Shown here: positions 12,036 to 22,729 of the stretch, one piece after another
Position numbering within the stretch: position 1 is the stretch's first letter
Layout of the letters: each line of letters begins with the position of its first letter
DNA from: Azolla caroliniana
Lineage: Eukaryota; Plantae; Polypodiophyta
Direction: 5' to 3'
DNA length: 64,000 bases
NCBI GenBank assembly: GCA_043228905.1
Contig: JBHGNT010000011.1
Coordinates: forward strand, 5,208,001 to 5,272,000
Made by a program: the position numbers and the translations under genes
Notes under the pieces: model-generated
Databases searched by the model: none
Told to the model about the DNA's origin: nothing
The model's input: only the letters and a program-made list of their open reading frames with translations

Positions 12036-14752
12036 CTATCGTGGGTTACGAGCCACTTCGGTGGAACTCTTGGGCTCTTGTTCGATCGCTACCTTCATCG
12101 CGAAGGCATAGTGATGGGCCATGTACTCGTTGTAGCCATGCCAAGTGACAGGGTTCTTCACTCTAGATGAGTGTCGAAGTTTTTTGCTCGTCGATGTGAG
12201 CGCCTTCTTTACTCCGGGTGTCCGCATGATGGGTACACCAAACTCACTGTCTAGTGAGGCAGCCGACACATCCGAATCACTATCGTTAGGGTGGTCGACT
12301 TCGTATTCGGGCATCTTACCTTTGCATTTGTCCAAGTTCGTACTTGGCCGCGACGTGCTTGGGTCGCGTGGGGGCTCTTGTGTGGCTCACTAGGCTTTGT
12401 CGTAATCGGACTTTCTTCGAACATGTGTTCGAAGCGATCTCCATCTTCTACCTCTTGTTCAGCAGATTCCGGGTCGAGCGGAGTCGGAGTCGAAGTTGTC
12501 TCTAGTGCGTACCAGGATGCGGACTTGTCGAAGACTACGTCTCGACTTACCTGAACCGCTCAGGTAGAAGGGTTGTAGCACTTGTATGCCTTCTTCTCAG
12601 ACGAGTATCCTATGAGGATACATTCCTCTGACTTCGCGTCGGTCTTCTGTCAGCTTTCGTTCAGGATGCATACATTCGCAATGCTTCCGAACACCTTGAG
12701 GTGCGACAGGATCGGCTTCCTTCCGACGAGGAGCTCATATGGAGTTAGCTCACGGACTCCATTAATGGTGCACCGGTTCATGTGATAGACGGCCGTGGAT
12801 GCCGCATCGGCCCAATAGAAATTCGCCATGTGCTTCTCATGCATCATGGTGCATGCTACCTCGAGTATTTGCCGATTTTTCCTTTCGGCAACTCCATTTT
12901 GTTGGGGTGTGTGTCGGCATGAGAATTCTCTACGAATGCTTTCACTTTGGAGATAGGAGGTGAATTCATCGGAGAAGTACTCCTTGCCTCTATCCGATTG
13001 TAAGCATCGAATGTGCCGACCGGTTCCTTTTTCGACTTTCCCCTTGAGCTTTTGGAAGTGGGAGAACACTTCGGTCTTCTTCTTCATCGAGTAGATCCAC
13101 GCGTAGCGCGAGTAGTCGTTGATGAAGGTTACGTAGTATCGGCATCCGCCAATCGTCGGCGTTTGAGCCAGTCCCCATACATCCGAGTGTACGGCGTCGA
13201 GGAGGCCTTTGCTGGCGGAGCTCTCCTTCGGGAATGGGAGTCGATGTTGTTTGCCGAGTTGACACGCTTCGCATACTCGGTTGACTCGTTTCGACTCGAA
13301 TGTCGGAAGTCCGATGACGACTCCCTTGGTTTGCATCGCTCGTAGCCGTTGGAGGTTTATGTGGCCGATTCTCTTGTGCCACAACTCAATGCTTGTCTCG
13401 GTTTTGAGACCTTTGGCATACATTGTTGATTTCACCTCGTTCGAATCAAGGATGAACATTCGACCGTCTCTCTGCCCCTTAGCTATGAGTCGGCCATCTT
13501 TCTCAATGAAACAACCTTCGTTGTTGAAGCGGACTTGCATGCCTTGCTCCACAATTTGGCCGATTGAGACCAAATTCCTCGTTATTGTGGGCACGTGCAA
13601 GACATTCTTGCTACAAGTTTGCTCTCCTTCTTTCCCGAATGGGACATTGCCGATGTGCCGAATGGGGTGCGTGGTGTCGTCTCCCGTCTCTATGAAGCCA
13701 GGTCGATCCAGCGTTCGTAAATCACGAAACCACTCTTCGCAAGATGTCATGTGATGTGAGGCGCCGGAGTCGATGAACCACACATCTTCCGAGTTGGAGG
13801 TGCTTGCGGAGTTGGAGGCCGACATAGAGTTCGTTCTATGCCTCATTACGAATAGTCCGCCGTAATCATTGTATTTGGAGTTGAAGGTGTAATTCGTGTG
13901 TTGTCGACTTGTGGAAGCCGACTTGCTTCTTCTTTTTCGGCATTCCTCCTCGCGGTGGCCGATTTTGCCGCAATAGTTGCAAGTTGCGGGCCTCGTTTGC
14001 CAACCATGTTCGGCGTGGAAGCTCCCCCTTCTTCTGAAGGTTCCTTGATGGCTTTCGTGAAGGTTTGAGTTCCCTTCGTGTGATGGGTCGAATTGACCTC
14101 TTCTACCGTCGTGACCTCCTCCTCGGCCACTGTCCGAATTTGAGAAGAACATTTGTCCTTCCGACGTCTTGCTTTTGGTTCGGACGTGGTTCTCTTCGAC
14201 CAATAGCATTGATTGGAGGTCGAAGAATGAAGGAGGGTTTTCTCTCGCCAAGATTGCCGTCCGTAATGGATCGAATCGTTGTGCGAGGCCGCCCAAGCAT
14301 ACTTGAACCATCTCGTCTTCATCGATGTTTATTTTGATGGAGCCAAGCGAGTCGCAAATGCTCTTGATCTTGGCGGTGTAGTCCGACACGGACATGTCTT
14401 TTTGCTGAATGTTGTTCAACTCTTGTCAGAGTTGAAGCTTTCGGGCGGTCGTGTTGACGGCGAACATTTTCTTTAAGTTTGCCCATGCTTCTTTAGGCGT
14501 CTTGGCATCTCGAATGTGGCTAAGCATGTCGTCATGGACACATGTTGCCAAGCAATACATGACTCGACTAGCTGCTTTCTCCCATGTTGCGTAGTCGGCG
14601 TTCTTTGAGTCGGGTCGATTTTCTTGAGCGTCGTTGATGCAACTCCAATACCCTTGGCCGACGAGGTATTGGGTCATCTTGTACTCCCAAGATGAATAAT
14701 TGCTCCGGTCTAGCTTTTCGCTAGGGAGCGAGCTACCCATTTGTGTGTTCAT
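12036..14752 (-). pseudogene. Copia gag-protease-integrase polyprotein (interrupted)
   Basis: Zn knuckle CNYCGKIGHREEEC, protease WFIDSGASHH, GAG-pre-integrase LWHKRIGH, HHCC and rve core QQNGVAERKNR. Internal stop near 14426 and frameshifts. Confidence 0.92.
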
Positions 14753-14921
14753 GTTGATTGTGTCTTCTCTTCTTTTGCTTTTCTTCCTTCGATCACGTGT
14801 ACGTGCTACGTAGCGGCACTACGATAGCGATAGCTGGAATTTGTCATCGGCGTTTCGAACACACAATTACGAAGAGTCGGGTGGGCTTAGTGGATTTTCT
14901 AAACCACACGCTTTGATACCA

Positions 14922-15010
14922 TGTTAAGAATTAGATAAGTAATTAAGGGTTAATTAGTACCTAATTATGTGATTAAGTTAAGTGGAAGATTATGTGATAT
15001 GTGTGTGAGA

Positions 15011-15051
<41 letters not shown>

Positions 15052-15364
15052 ATGAACAACACAAGATGGGGGATGAGTAACTATGTTAAATTAGCATTAT
15101 CATCATCAAATACAAAAATACCATCAATGAGGTATATATAGATCTCATGTGCAAGGGTGCACATGTGTGAGGAGAATATAGGTACAACCGTGTAAGTCCT
15201 ATATTAAATGACCTTGGGAGTGGAGGATCTAGAATATCCTACTTAAGTACAAGGTCCTATTTAAGTCGTTATAGTCAACACTCCTAACTAGATTCTATCT
15301 AGGTAACTACGAAGTTACATGGCTGACTAACTGACTAAACTAAGTTGAGCTTGATCTCTCAACA
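14922..15364 (-). repeat. 5' LTR of the Copia element
   Basis: Direct repeat of 11405-11845 with adjacent PBS. Confidence 0.95.
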
Positions 15365-16500
15365 GTTTCATACCTCTCTAGTAGCCTTTTGGCCTCTTTA
15401 AGTCTTGTTGTTTGATCCCTACAATTTGCACGTGGTGCAAATCTACCACTCTCACATATTTCTTGTCGTTGCTTGTAACATTCAATAACAGTATCCCCGA
15501 TGCAAGTGCCAGTTTGATTGTCCCCGATTAAAACATGCACAAGATCGGTAAATGATCGGTTTATCCTCCCTCTTAAGGCAGTATATTTGATAAACTACCA
15601 ATGTCTCTCCACAAGATTGGTAGTGTCAACATGTTCGTAGTTGAACATTCTACCAAATTTGGGCCACAATTTCCTCCACACACATGTCAAGCCACACCAT
15701 CCTCCTTCTATATATTGCCAAACACCTGGCTTGTTTGCATATTCTACCTCACATTGGGCATTGAATGTGGATTTCGTAATGCATTGCATGAGTTGGCACA
15801 TCCGATTATAAAGATGGTTTCTCTCAGTTGCACATACCTTTGGCAACAAGTTGTCCAACCATGCCTTTTTTGCGTGGAAGTGACACAACAAAAGTCGACA
15901 ATGTGTTTGCGACCTTTGCCCATTTGTAACTATCCAAAATAATCGGTCTATTGCAACCACATTACTTATGTCCAACTTTTATCGATGACTATGACATTTG
16001 GCCTCACATTGGGCATCCGTGCGAATATGACTCTCAAGCAAGTTTCTAAAGCTACTTGCTCATGGTTAGACCCCTTATCAGAACTACATATCATGTACCA
16101 TAATGGGATACCAACTCCCATGGCATTTGGGGCCACAACTGCATATAATGGCAAACCAAATTGGTTTGTTTTAAACGTGGAGTCGATTGCCCAAGAGTTG
16201 TTTATTGACAATTGCTCACACATCTCTAACATCCATTCATCTTGGAGCACCAAGATGAACGGTTGCCTTGCGGGAGATCCATATTCACCAGGCAAGTAGG
16301 GTTGGACATGAGCCACCTTCCCAAGATCTCGGAGGGCATAGGCATCTTGCATCATCAAAGATCAATCAACCCCTGGCATGGCACTCCCAATTTTTAACTT
16401 GTTGACCACGTTATTGACCTCCTTTGGTATCATAAAGAACCTATAACTCACAAGGTATAATGGACTAGCCTTGGACTTATGATATGCTTCCTTACGCATG
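15365..16500 (-). pseudogene. MULE transposase catalytic (DDE) domain, frameshifted
   Basis: WAIDSTFKTNQFGLPLY, VIVIDK, LCHFHAKKAW and TTNLVERHW motifs. Confidence 0.88.
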
Positions 16501-16550
16501 CTCATACGTGCCACATGTCGTGCGCAACCAACATAAAAAAGGTCATCTCT

Positions 16551-16782
16551 ACAACAACTTAGATTGGTTTACATTTGAGATTGGTTTAAAACAACAAACC
16601 AACTTGAGATAAACAACTTGAGATTGGTTAAAACATCAAATCTATTGGAGATCACAACTTGAGAAACTTTTAAAACAACAAATCAAATTTAGATCACAAC
16701 TTAGATTGGTTTAAAACAACAAATCAACTTTAGATCACAACTTGGGATTGGTTTAAAACAACAAATCAACTTGAGATAAACA
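16551..16782. repeat. Degenerate tandem repeats (AAACAACAAATCAACTT(G)AGAT / AGATTGGTTT)
   Basis: Several imperfect copies visible. Confidence 0.75.
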
Positions 16783-16914
16783 CTTGTTGTAAACAACATT
16801 TCCATTAATAAGTAATCGCGATATACAATGATTCAATTCTCGCTATACAAAATTTGTGTGGATTCCCCGATGGTCCCATTCAAGTGTCACACACACGCGA
16901 AATTTTCGCGACAC

Positions 16915-17790
16915 CGGCCAAGCAGATTCTAGGGATGCACATAGTTCAAGATAGAACTAAGAAAGTGTTGTGGTTGTCACAAGAGAAGTTTGTGACAAAG
17001 ATCCTAGAGAGGCTCAACATGTTGGAGGCAAAGCCAGTCAGCTCTGTGTTGCCGACCGACTACAAGCTAAATGCTAAGCAATGCTTGAGAGGGGAGAAAG
17101 AAAAGGTTGAGATGAGGAAAGTACCCTATGCCTCAACCATCGACAGTTTGATGTATGCTATGGTCTGCACGAGACTAGACATAACATTTGTTGTGGGGGC
17201 AGTAAGATGATATATGAGTAATCCAGGAAGAGAACACTAGGCAGCTGATAAATGGATACTGAGGTACTTGAAAGACACCTCGAGGTATGGTGTTAGAAAA
17301 CCTATCGTCGAAGGTTGTACAGATTCACACATGTCAGGGGACATAGACTCAAGTCGATCCATGTCGGGGTACGTGATGACCTATGTGGGGGGAGCAGTGT
17401 TGTGGCAGTCAAGATTGTAGAGGTTTGTGGCCTTGTTGACCACAGAGGCAGAGTACATGGCAACAATAGAGGCCGGCAGAGAGCTGATTTAGATGAGAAA
17501 TTTTCTCAGTGATTTGGGAATGAAGCAAAAGGATATCTTGCTTCATTGCGAAAACCAAAGTGCCATACATGTAGCCAATAATGTTGTGTATCACTCCTGA
17601 TCCAAGCACATACAAATGAGGTATCAATGGTTGGGGGAGAAGGTGAAGGAAGAAGAGTTTACCTTTGTGAAGATTCATATTGACATAAATGGATCCGACA
17701 TGCTGATAAAGAACCTATGGATGGACGCACTCAGAGTTTGTCGATAGAGGACAGGACTAACTGACTCTCCCCATAGGAGTGAAGGGGGAG
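16915..17790 (+). pseudogene. Copia (Tork/Tnt1-like) RT C-terminus and RNase H fragment ending in a PPT
   Basis: AKQILGMHIVQDR, VPYASTIDSLMYAMVCTR, VALLTTEAEYM, SKHIQMRY. PPT GAAGGGGGAG at 17781-17790. Confidence 0.9.
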
Positions 17791-18075
17791 TTGGTTAGGA
17801 ATATGTCCCACCTATGGGAGGAGCCGACTGGTTGGACCAAGAGTTGACAATCGATGACAAGGAGTAGCCGAAAGTCGAGGTCATGGTGAGTTGATTGAGG
17901 GAGAGTCGACAATATACAAGTGATCCAAGTCAAGGACACGACCAACTACTTGGGCCAACCGGATGGTCGACAACAAGGTCAATTAGTTGGGCTGACTAGA
18001 CAATCGACATAAGAGTCGGCTAGTTGAATTGACTAGTCGACTGATTGACTGACTGTCTCGACGTTGAAGATGCAA

Positions 18076-18261
18076 ATACCGAATCTGAAAACGAATCAAG
18101 GTATTTCCTTTAGGTTCAATACCCAACTCATAAATTGAAAATTTTTCTGGTCCCTCGCATGGAGGGGCAAGAAATCTGGGAATCGAAAGACCTAGATAGG
18201 GAATAGACAGAGATACTAGTAGGAAGATCCAGAAAGAATCGTATTTATGGAGTAGAAACAT
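18076..18261 (-). pseudogene. ndhC: Nuclear plastid DNA (NUPT): 5' 62 codons of chloroplast ndhC
   Basis: MFLLHKYDSFWIFLLVSLSIPYLGLSIPRFLAPPCEGPEKFSIYELGIEPKGNTLIRFQIRY matches the recalled NdhC N-terminus (MFLLHEYD.FW.FL...GPEK..SYESGIEP.G.AW.QF.IRY). Confidence 0.9.
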
Positions 18262-18680
18262 TACTATTATCAGTATAATAATAGTAACGATAGCAGTAGG
18301 GACTACATTTGTAAATAGCTCATATAGTGTATAAATATAAATACACTTAGGGCAAAAAATAGTTAGATGAAGCAATGTGTGCAAAACATATAGAGTTGCT
18401 GTGAGCCTCTGTTGTATACAGAGTGTGTGACAGAGAAGAGAGAGTGCGTAAGTGAGAGGGAACAATGCCATAGTTGAGTGAAGCTTAGACATCAAGAGCC
18501 TTCCATGGTTGTTACACTCTATGTTGAATGAGAGTGTTACTGTCATGATATGGCAAGATTCGAACTCATGACCCTATGTTACATGGGTAGAGCTCTTGAC
18601 CATTAGACTTTACATTGTGAAGGATATTATTTTCATTTAAATTTTACTATAGAAAATTGATGTATATTCCATATTTCTCT

Positions 18681-18726
18681 GGAACATTCTAGAAACATCA
18701 GGAGTACTCCGAAGAACACTATAAAA
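18681..18726 (+). promoter_or_regulatory. Heat-shock element (GAAnnTTCnnGAA) and TATA box in the LTR
   Basis: gGAAcaTTCtaGAAa at 18681-18695; TATAAAA at 18720-18726. Confidence 0.6.
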
Positions 18727-21700
18727 GGAGGCACAAGGCATTATTTCGAACCAAATCGGTTCAACGCCAGTCTTAAGCCTCCTAGCTACTAATGTATATT
18801 CTCTTCACATAATATATATCTTTTGTTATCATCATTCTCTCTCTCTCTCTCTCTCTCTCTCACTCACTCTTTCGTTCTCTCGAGAGTTCTACACCTCTCT
18901 TAGTACTAATCCTCATCTTTTAGTACTAATTCCTTCTATGTCTTAGTACTATTCCTGACAATACTTCTTTGTCTTAGTACTGTTCCTGACAGTTTGAACC
19001 TATTTCGGTCTCCTTCCTCCTCTTCCTTTTATCTTCTTTCTTCTCCACCCCTTCATACTAATCTCTTATTCCTCTTTTCCCTCATATTATGGCCACTGTT
19101 AGTGCTCAAGAATATCAATCCGTTTTCTCAGAGTTGCAATGCTTGAAAGATAAGTTTCTTGCATTGGAACAAGAAAATCAATGACTATTGGGGGAGCTTC
19201 AACAAATCTCCTTAGAGAAACAACAAACACAACAACAACATGGGGAACTAGCGTTACGCGTGCAACAACTCGAAGCGACCATTGTAGCGTTACAACAACA
19301 AGGACCAAGTACGCAAGGGATTCCTAAAGAGCCCAAGATCAGCCTTCCTATGAAATTCGATGGAACACGATCATAGTTTAGAGGATTCCTTAATAAGGTA
19401 CGATTAGTCATTCAAATGCATCCTTCCCGATATCCCACCAATGCATCATGAGTGGGTCTAGTAGGCACGTTGTTAAGTGGCTCAACTTTGGCATGGAATC
19501 TCCATTACTAAACAATTTTGAAGAGTTTATAAGTGAGTTTAAAGCATGTTTTGGAGATACTGATAGCATAAGGACAACAATCAACAAAATTCGACGATTA
19601 TGTCAAGGTGATTGTCCAACCTCCACATATGCTGCAAATTTCTGTCTACTTGCCTTTGATATCCCCTGGGATGACCAAGAATTAATGGAGCAATTTCGTT
19701 ATGGCCTATGTAACGATGTCAAGGATTTACTCTTGACCTTCCCCGAAGAACCAAAGTCATTGATAGAAGCAACCAGTCGCGCAGTACGATGAGATAACCG
19801 CCTCTTTGAACAACGTTCGGAACGTCAGTTTCAAATGCCAAGGGCAAGATCGGAGCCCACCTACGCTTCAGTTGTAGCAAAGCCTTTCCCAAGGGAATCA
19901 TTTAATAAATCTCTAACAAATACTCAGACTCCAATGGAAATCGACACCACACATCATCACGGACCACTATCAGAAGAAGAAAAGCAGCGACATCGGGCAA
20001 ATCGATTATGTCTTTATTGCGGTGAACCAGGGTATATTGCAGTGAACTGTCCCCATCGGCCAAGAAGGCAGGTAAATCAAATAACCACTAGTACTAATAG
20101 TACTAAAACCGAGTGTATTTCTCTAGGTGTGTCCGATAATCCTAATAGCCCAAGCCTTTCAAACAAATTTGAAATCCTTAGTCAACTAGAATAAGAGTTA
20201 AATGATTAAGTCCAGCCAAAATAGGAGCCATTTAGTTGGACAACCCTAGATCTGTGCAACCCATTAGTGGTTCCATTTCCTCTAAGTAGGTTAGCAATGT
20301 GTTCTTAGCTCAAGTAATGGTTAGTACTAAAAGTACTCCTCTAGTACATGTCTTAGCTCTCTTAAATTCCAAAGCCAACTCTTGCTTCATGGATAGGAAT
20401 TTTGCCCAAGCTCATCAGATATCCCTAAGAAAACTTTCTTGCTCAGCATCTGTAGTAGTTATTGATGGTCGTCCCATTACTTCTGGAAAAATTGTAGAGG
20501 AGTCAGAGCTGATTCAAGTTGTCCTAGATAACACGGTGTGTGTAGTATCATTTAATATAATTAGTAGTCCAGATCATCGAATTGTCTTGGGGTTACCGTG
20601 GTTCAAATTACATAACCCAGACATAGATCGGAAAACAAGAGAAATCCAGTATCGACAAATCTGAGGTTTTACTCATAAGATTGCAACCATTTCGCTACAT
20701 CAATTGCGTGAGGAAGGATGCAACGAAGCAATGTTTGTCTTCGCGGTATCAGTAAAACCTTCCAACACTAGCAAAGAGGAATCCACAGTTCAACTTCCAG
20801 AGAAGTATCGTCAGTATGTCGATGTGTTCGATAAGGTACAAGCCAATATGCTTCCTCACCACCGACCGTATGATTGCCCCATCGATTTACAACCGGGAAA
20901 AGAGCCACCATGGGGACTGATCTACAATTTTTCACCAATCGAGCTAGAAGTCCTTCGAGCTTATATAGAGGAGAATTTGGCAAACGGTTTCATTCGACAT
21001 TCGAAATCTCCAGCCGGCGCACCCATTTTCTTCGTCAAGAAAAAGGATGGATCACTTCGTCTCGTCGTAGACTATCACGGCTTGAATAAGGTCACCATCA
21101 GGAATAGGTATGCACTTCCCCTTATCTCAAGTCTTTTAGAACGGATCAATGGTGCAAGGTTCTTCACAAAGATTGACTTACGAGGAGCATATAACCTTGT
21201 ACGGATCTGACTAGGAGATGAATGGAAGACCGTGTTCCGCACCAGATATGGGCACTTCGAGTATACGGTCATGCCATTCGGTCTCACTAATGCACTAGCA
21301 GTCTTCCATCACATGGCAAATGATATATTCCGAGATCTCTTGGATGTTTGTTTGATCATGTATTTGGATGATCTACTGGTTTATTCGAAGACCCAAGAAG
21401 AGCATGATTCTCATGTACTATTATACGACAACAACTTCGAGAACATGGTCTTTATGCAAAACTAGAAAAATGTAGCTTCGAGTGCAACCAGGTGGAATTT
21501 CTAGGCTATGTCATCTCCCCGGAAGGCATCTCCATGGAGCTAGCTAAGGTCAAAATGGTGGTAGAATGGCAGACTCCACGCTCGTTGCAAGATGTGCAAT
21601 GCTTTTTAGGCTTTGCCAATTTCTACCATAAGTTTATACAGGATTACTCAAAGCTTGTTTTGCCTCTCACATAGCTTTAGCAGGAAGGGATAATCGTTCG

Positions 21701-21788
21701 TTTGGTCTGAAGAAACGGACATGGCTTTTGAGAGTCTTAAGAAGGCATTTACATCAGCTCCTATTCTAGCTCATGTTGATCCAGAAAA

Positions 21789-21820
21789 TGTCAAGATTCG
21801 AACTTTGTTTGTCCGTGACA
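21789..21820. mobile_element. 32-bp LTR-derived insertion with 5-bp TSD
   Basis: GAAAA|TGTCAAGATTCGAACTTTGTTTGTCCGTGACA|GAAAA interrupts the reading HVDPE-KPFIIEADAS. Confidence 0.85.
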
Positions 21821-22233
21821 GAAAAACCATTCATCATTGAGGCAGACGCGTCAGATTTTGCCTTGGGTAGCCAACTCCTTCCAAATTGTATCCGTCCAAG
21901 TGTGAACTCGTTAATAAGTTAGGGCTTAGTATATAAGCAAATACCTAACATTATAATGAGTGATGACGAGCAAAGTATTGTATCTCTGAGAAAGAACGAA
22001 GTAATAAGAAGCTTTCCATTGAAGCTCCATATGTGTAAGTCTCCATGCCTATTCTATTTTCTGTATGTGTTGTTTGCTGTCCAGTATCGACTACAGATCC
22101 ATACACGTTTTGCACATAGCACTCGTACCCACAACTAGTATCAGAGCCGAATCTTTGTTGTTCAGCGGTAACAGACAACAGAAGAATCTGAAAGAAAAGA
22201 CCAGTTCAAAAATCTCAAGTTCACAAACAGAAT

Positions 22234-22729
22234 ATGGCTTCAACATTCAGAATAGGAGTTGAAATCAGAAAATTCGACGACAAAAACTTTGCCTTGTGGA
22301 AGGAGATGATGCAGGATGTGCTGATCATTCGAAGACAGGTCGATGCCATTTGGCACAACAAAAAACCTGCTTAAATGACAGCTGAGGAGTGGAGATCAAC
22401 AGACGAAATCACACACTCCACCATCCGAATGCATCTAGCCGAAAATGTCTATTTCAGCATGGCGAAAGAGTCGACGACGTTGTCATTGTGGGAGAAGCTA
22501 CATGCCGTGTATGAGAAGAAGTCCTCATCTTCAAAACTAATCTTGATCAAACAATTGTTCAACACGAAGATGAAAGAGATTGATCCGGCAACCTCCCACA
22601 TCAACACCTTCAGCTGGGTGTTGTCAGAGCTCTCGTCACAAGGGATCAACTTCGAAGAAGAGGTGAAAGCCCTTGCCCTCCTATTGAGCTTGCCGGCGAG
22701 TTGGGAGAGGTATTCTGTATGACTTACGT
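22234..22729 (+). pseudogene. Copia gag N-terminal fragment (Tork/Tnt1-like)
   Basis: EIRKFDDKNFALWK...LWEKLHAVYEKKSSSSKLILIKQLF...LLLSLPASW, downstream of the tRNA-Met PBS. Cut by a Gypsy insertion. Confidence 0.85.

Larger units (their letters stand above)
11405..15364 (-). mobile_element. Ty1/Copia LTR retrotransposon, internally deleted (gag-PR-INT present, RT/RNase H absent)
   Basis: LTRs 11405-11845 and 14922-15364 (TG...CA). TSD GTTTT/GTTTC. tRNA-Met PBS TGGTATCAAAGC at 14921-14910. PPT next to 11846. Confidence 0.95.
9930..16800 (-). mobile_element. Mutator-like element (MULE) relic interrupted by a Copia insertion; termini not resolved
   Basis: Transposase pieces on both sides of the Copia. 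AT-rich short repeats at 10200-10600 and 16550-16780. Confidence 0.7.
18541..21870 (+). mobile_element. 3'-truncated Ty3/Gypsy element, Tcn1/Tf1-like chromovirus type (5' LTR, gag, PR, RT, start of RNase H)
   Basis: LTR 18541-18991 TGTCA...TGACA. Gag EPKISLPMKFDG and CLYCGEPGYIAVNC. RT SKSPAGAPIFFVKKKDGSLRLVVDY, YLDD. Stops at ADASDFALG; no integrase or 3' LTR. Confidence 0.9.
17792..22133 (+). repeat. Copia LTR split by a plastid DNA fragment and a Gypsy insertion (LTR parts ~17792-18540 and ~21873-22133)
   Basis: Starts right after the PPT. Ends CCCACA followed by PBS-like TAGTATCAGAGCC (22136-22148). Confidence 0.6.

Noticed and set aside
16551-16782. Regularly spaced short repeats resembling a CRISPR array
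   Set aside because: Eukaryotic context, degenerate repeats, no unique spacers and no cas genes.
17983-18546. 187-aa hydrophobic ORF as a real membrane-protein gene
   Set aside because: Chance fusion of antisense LTR sequence with the ndhC fragment.
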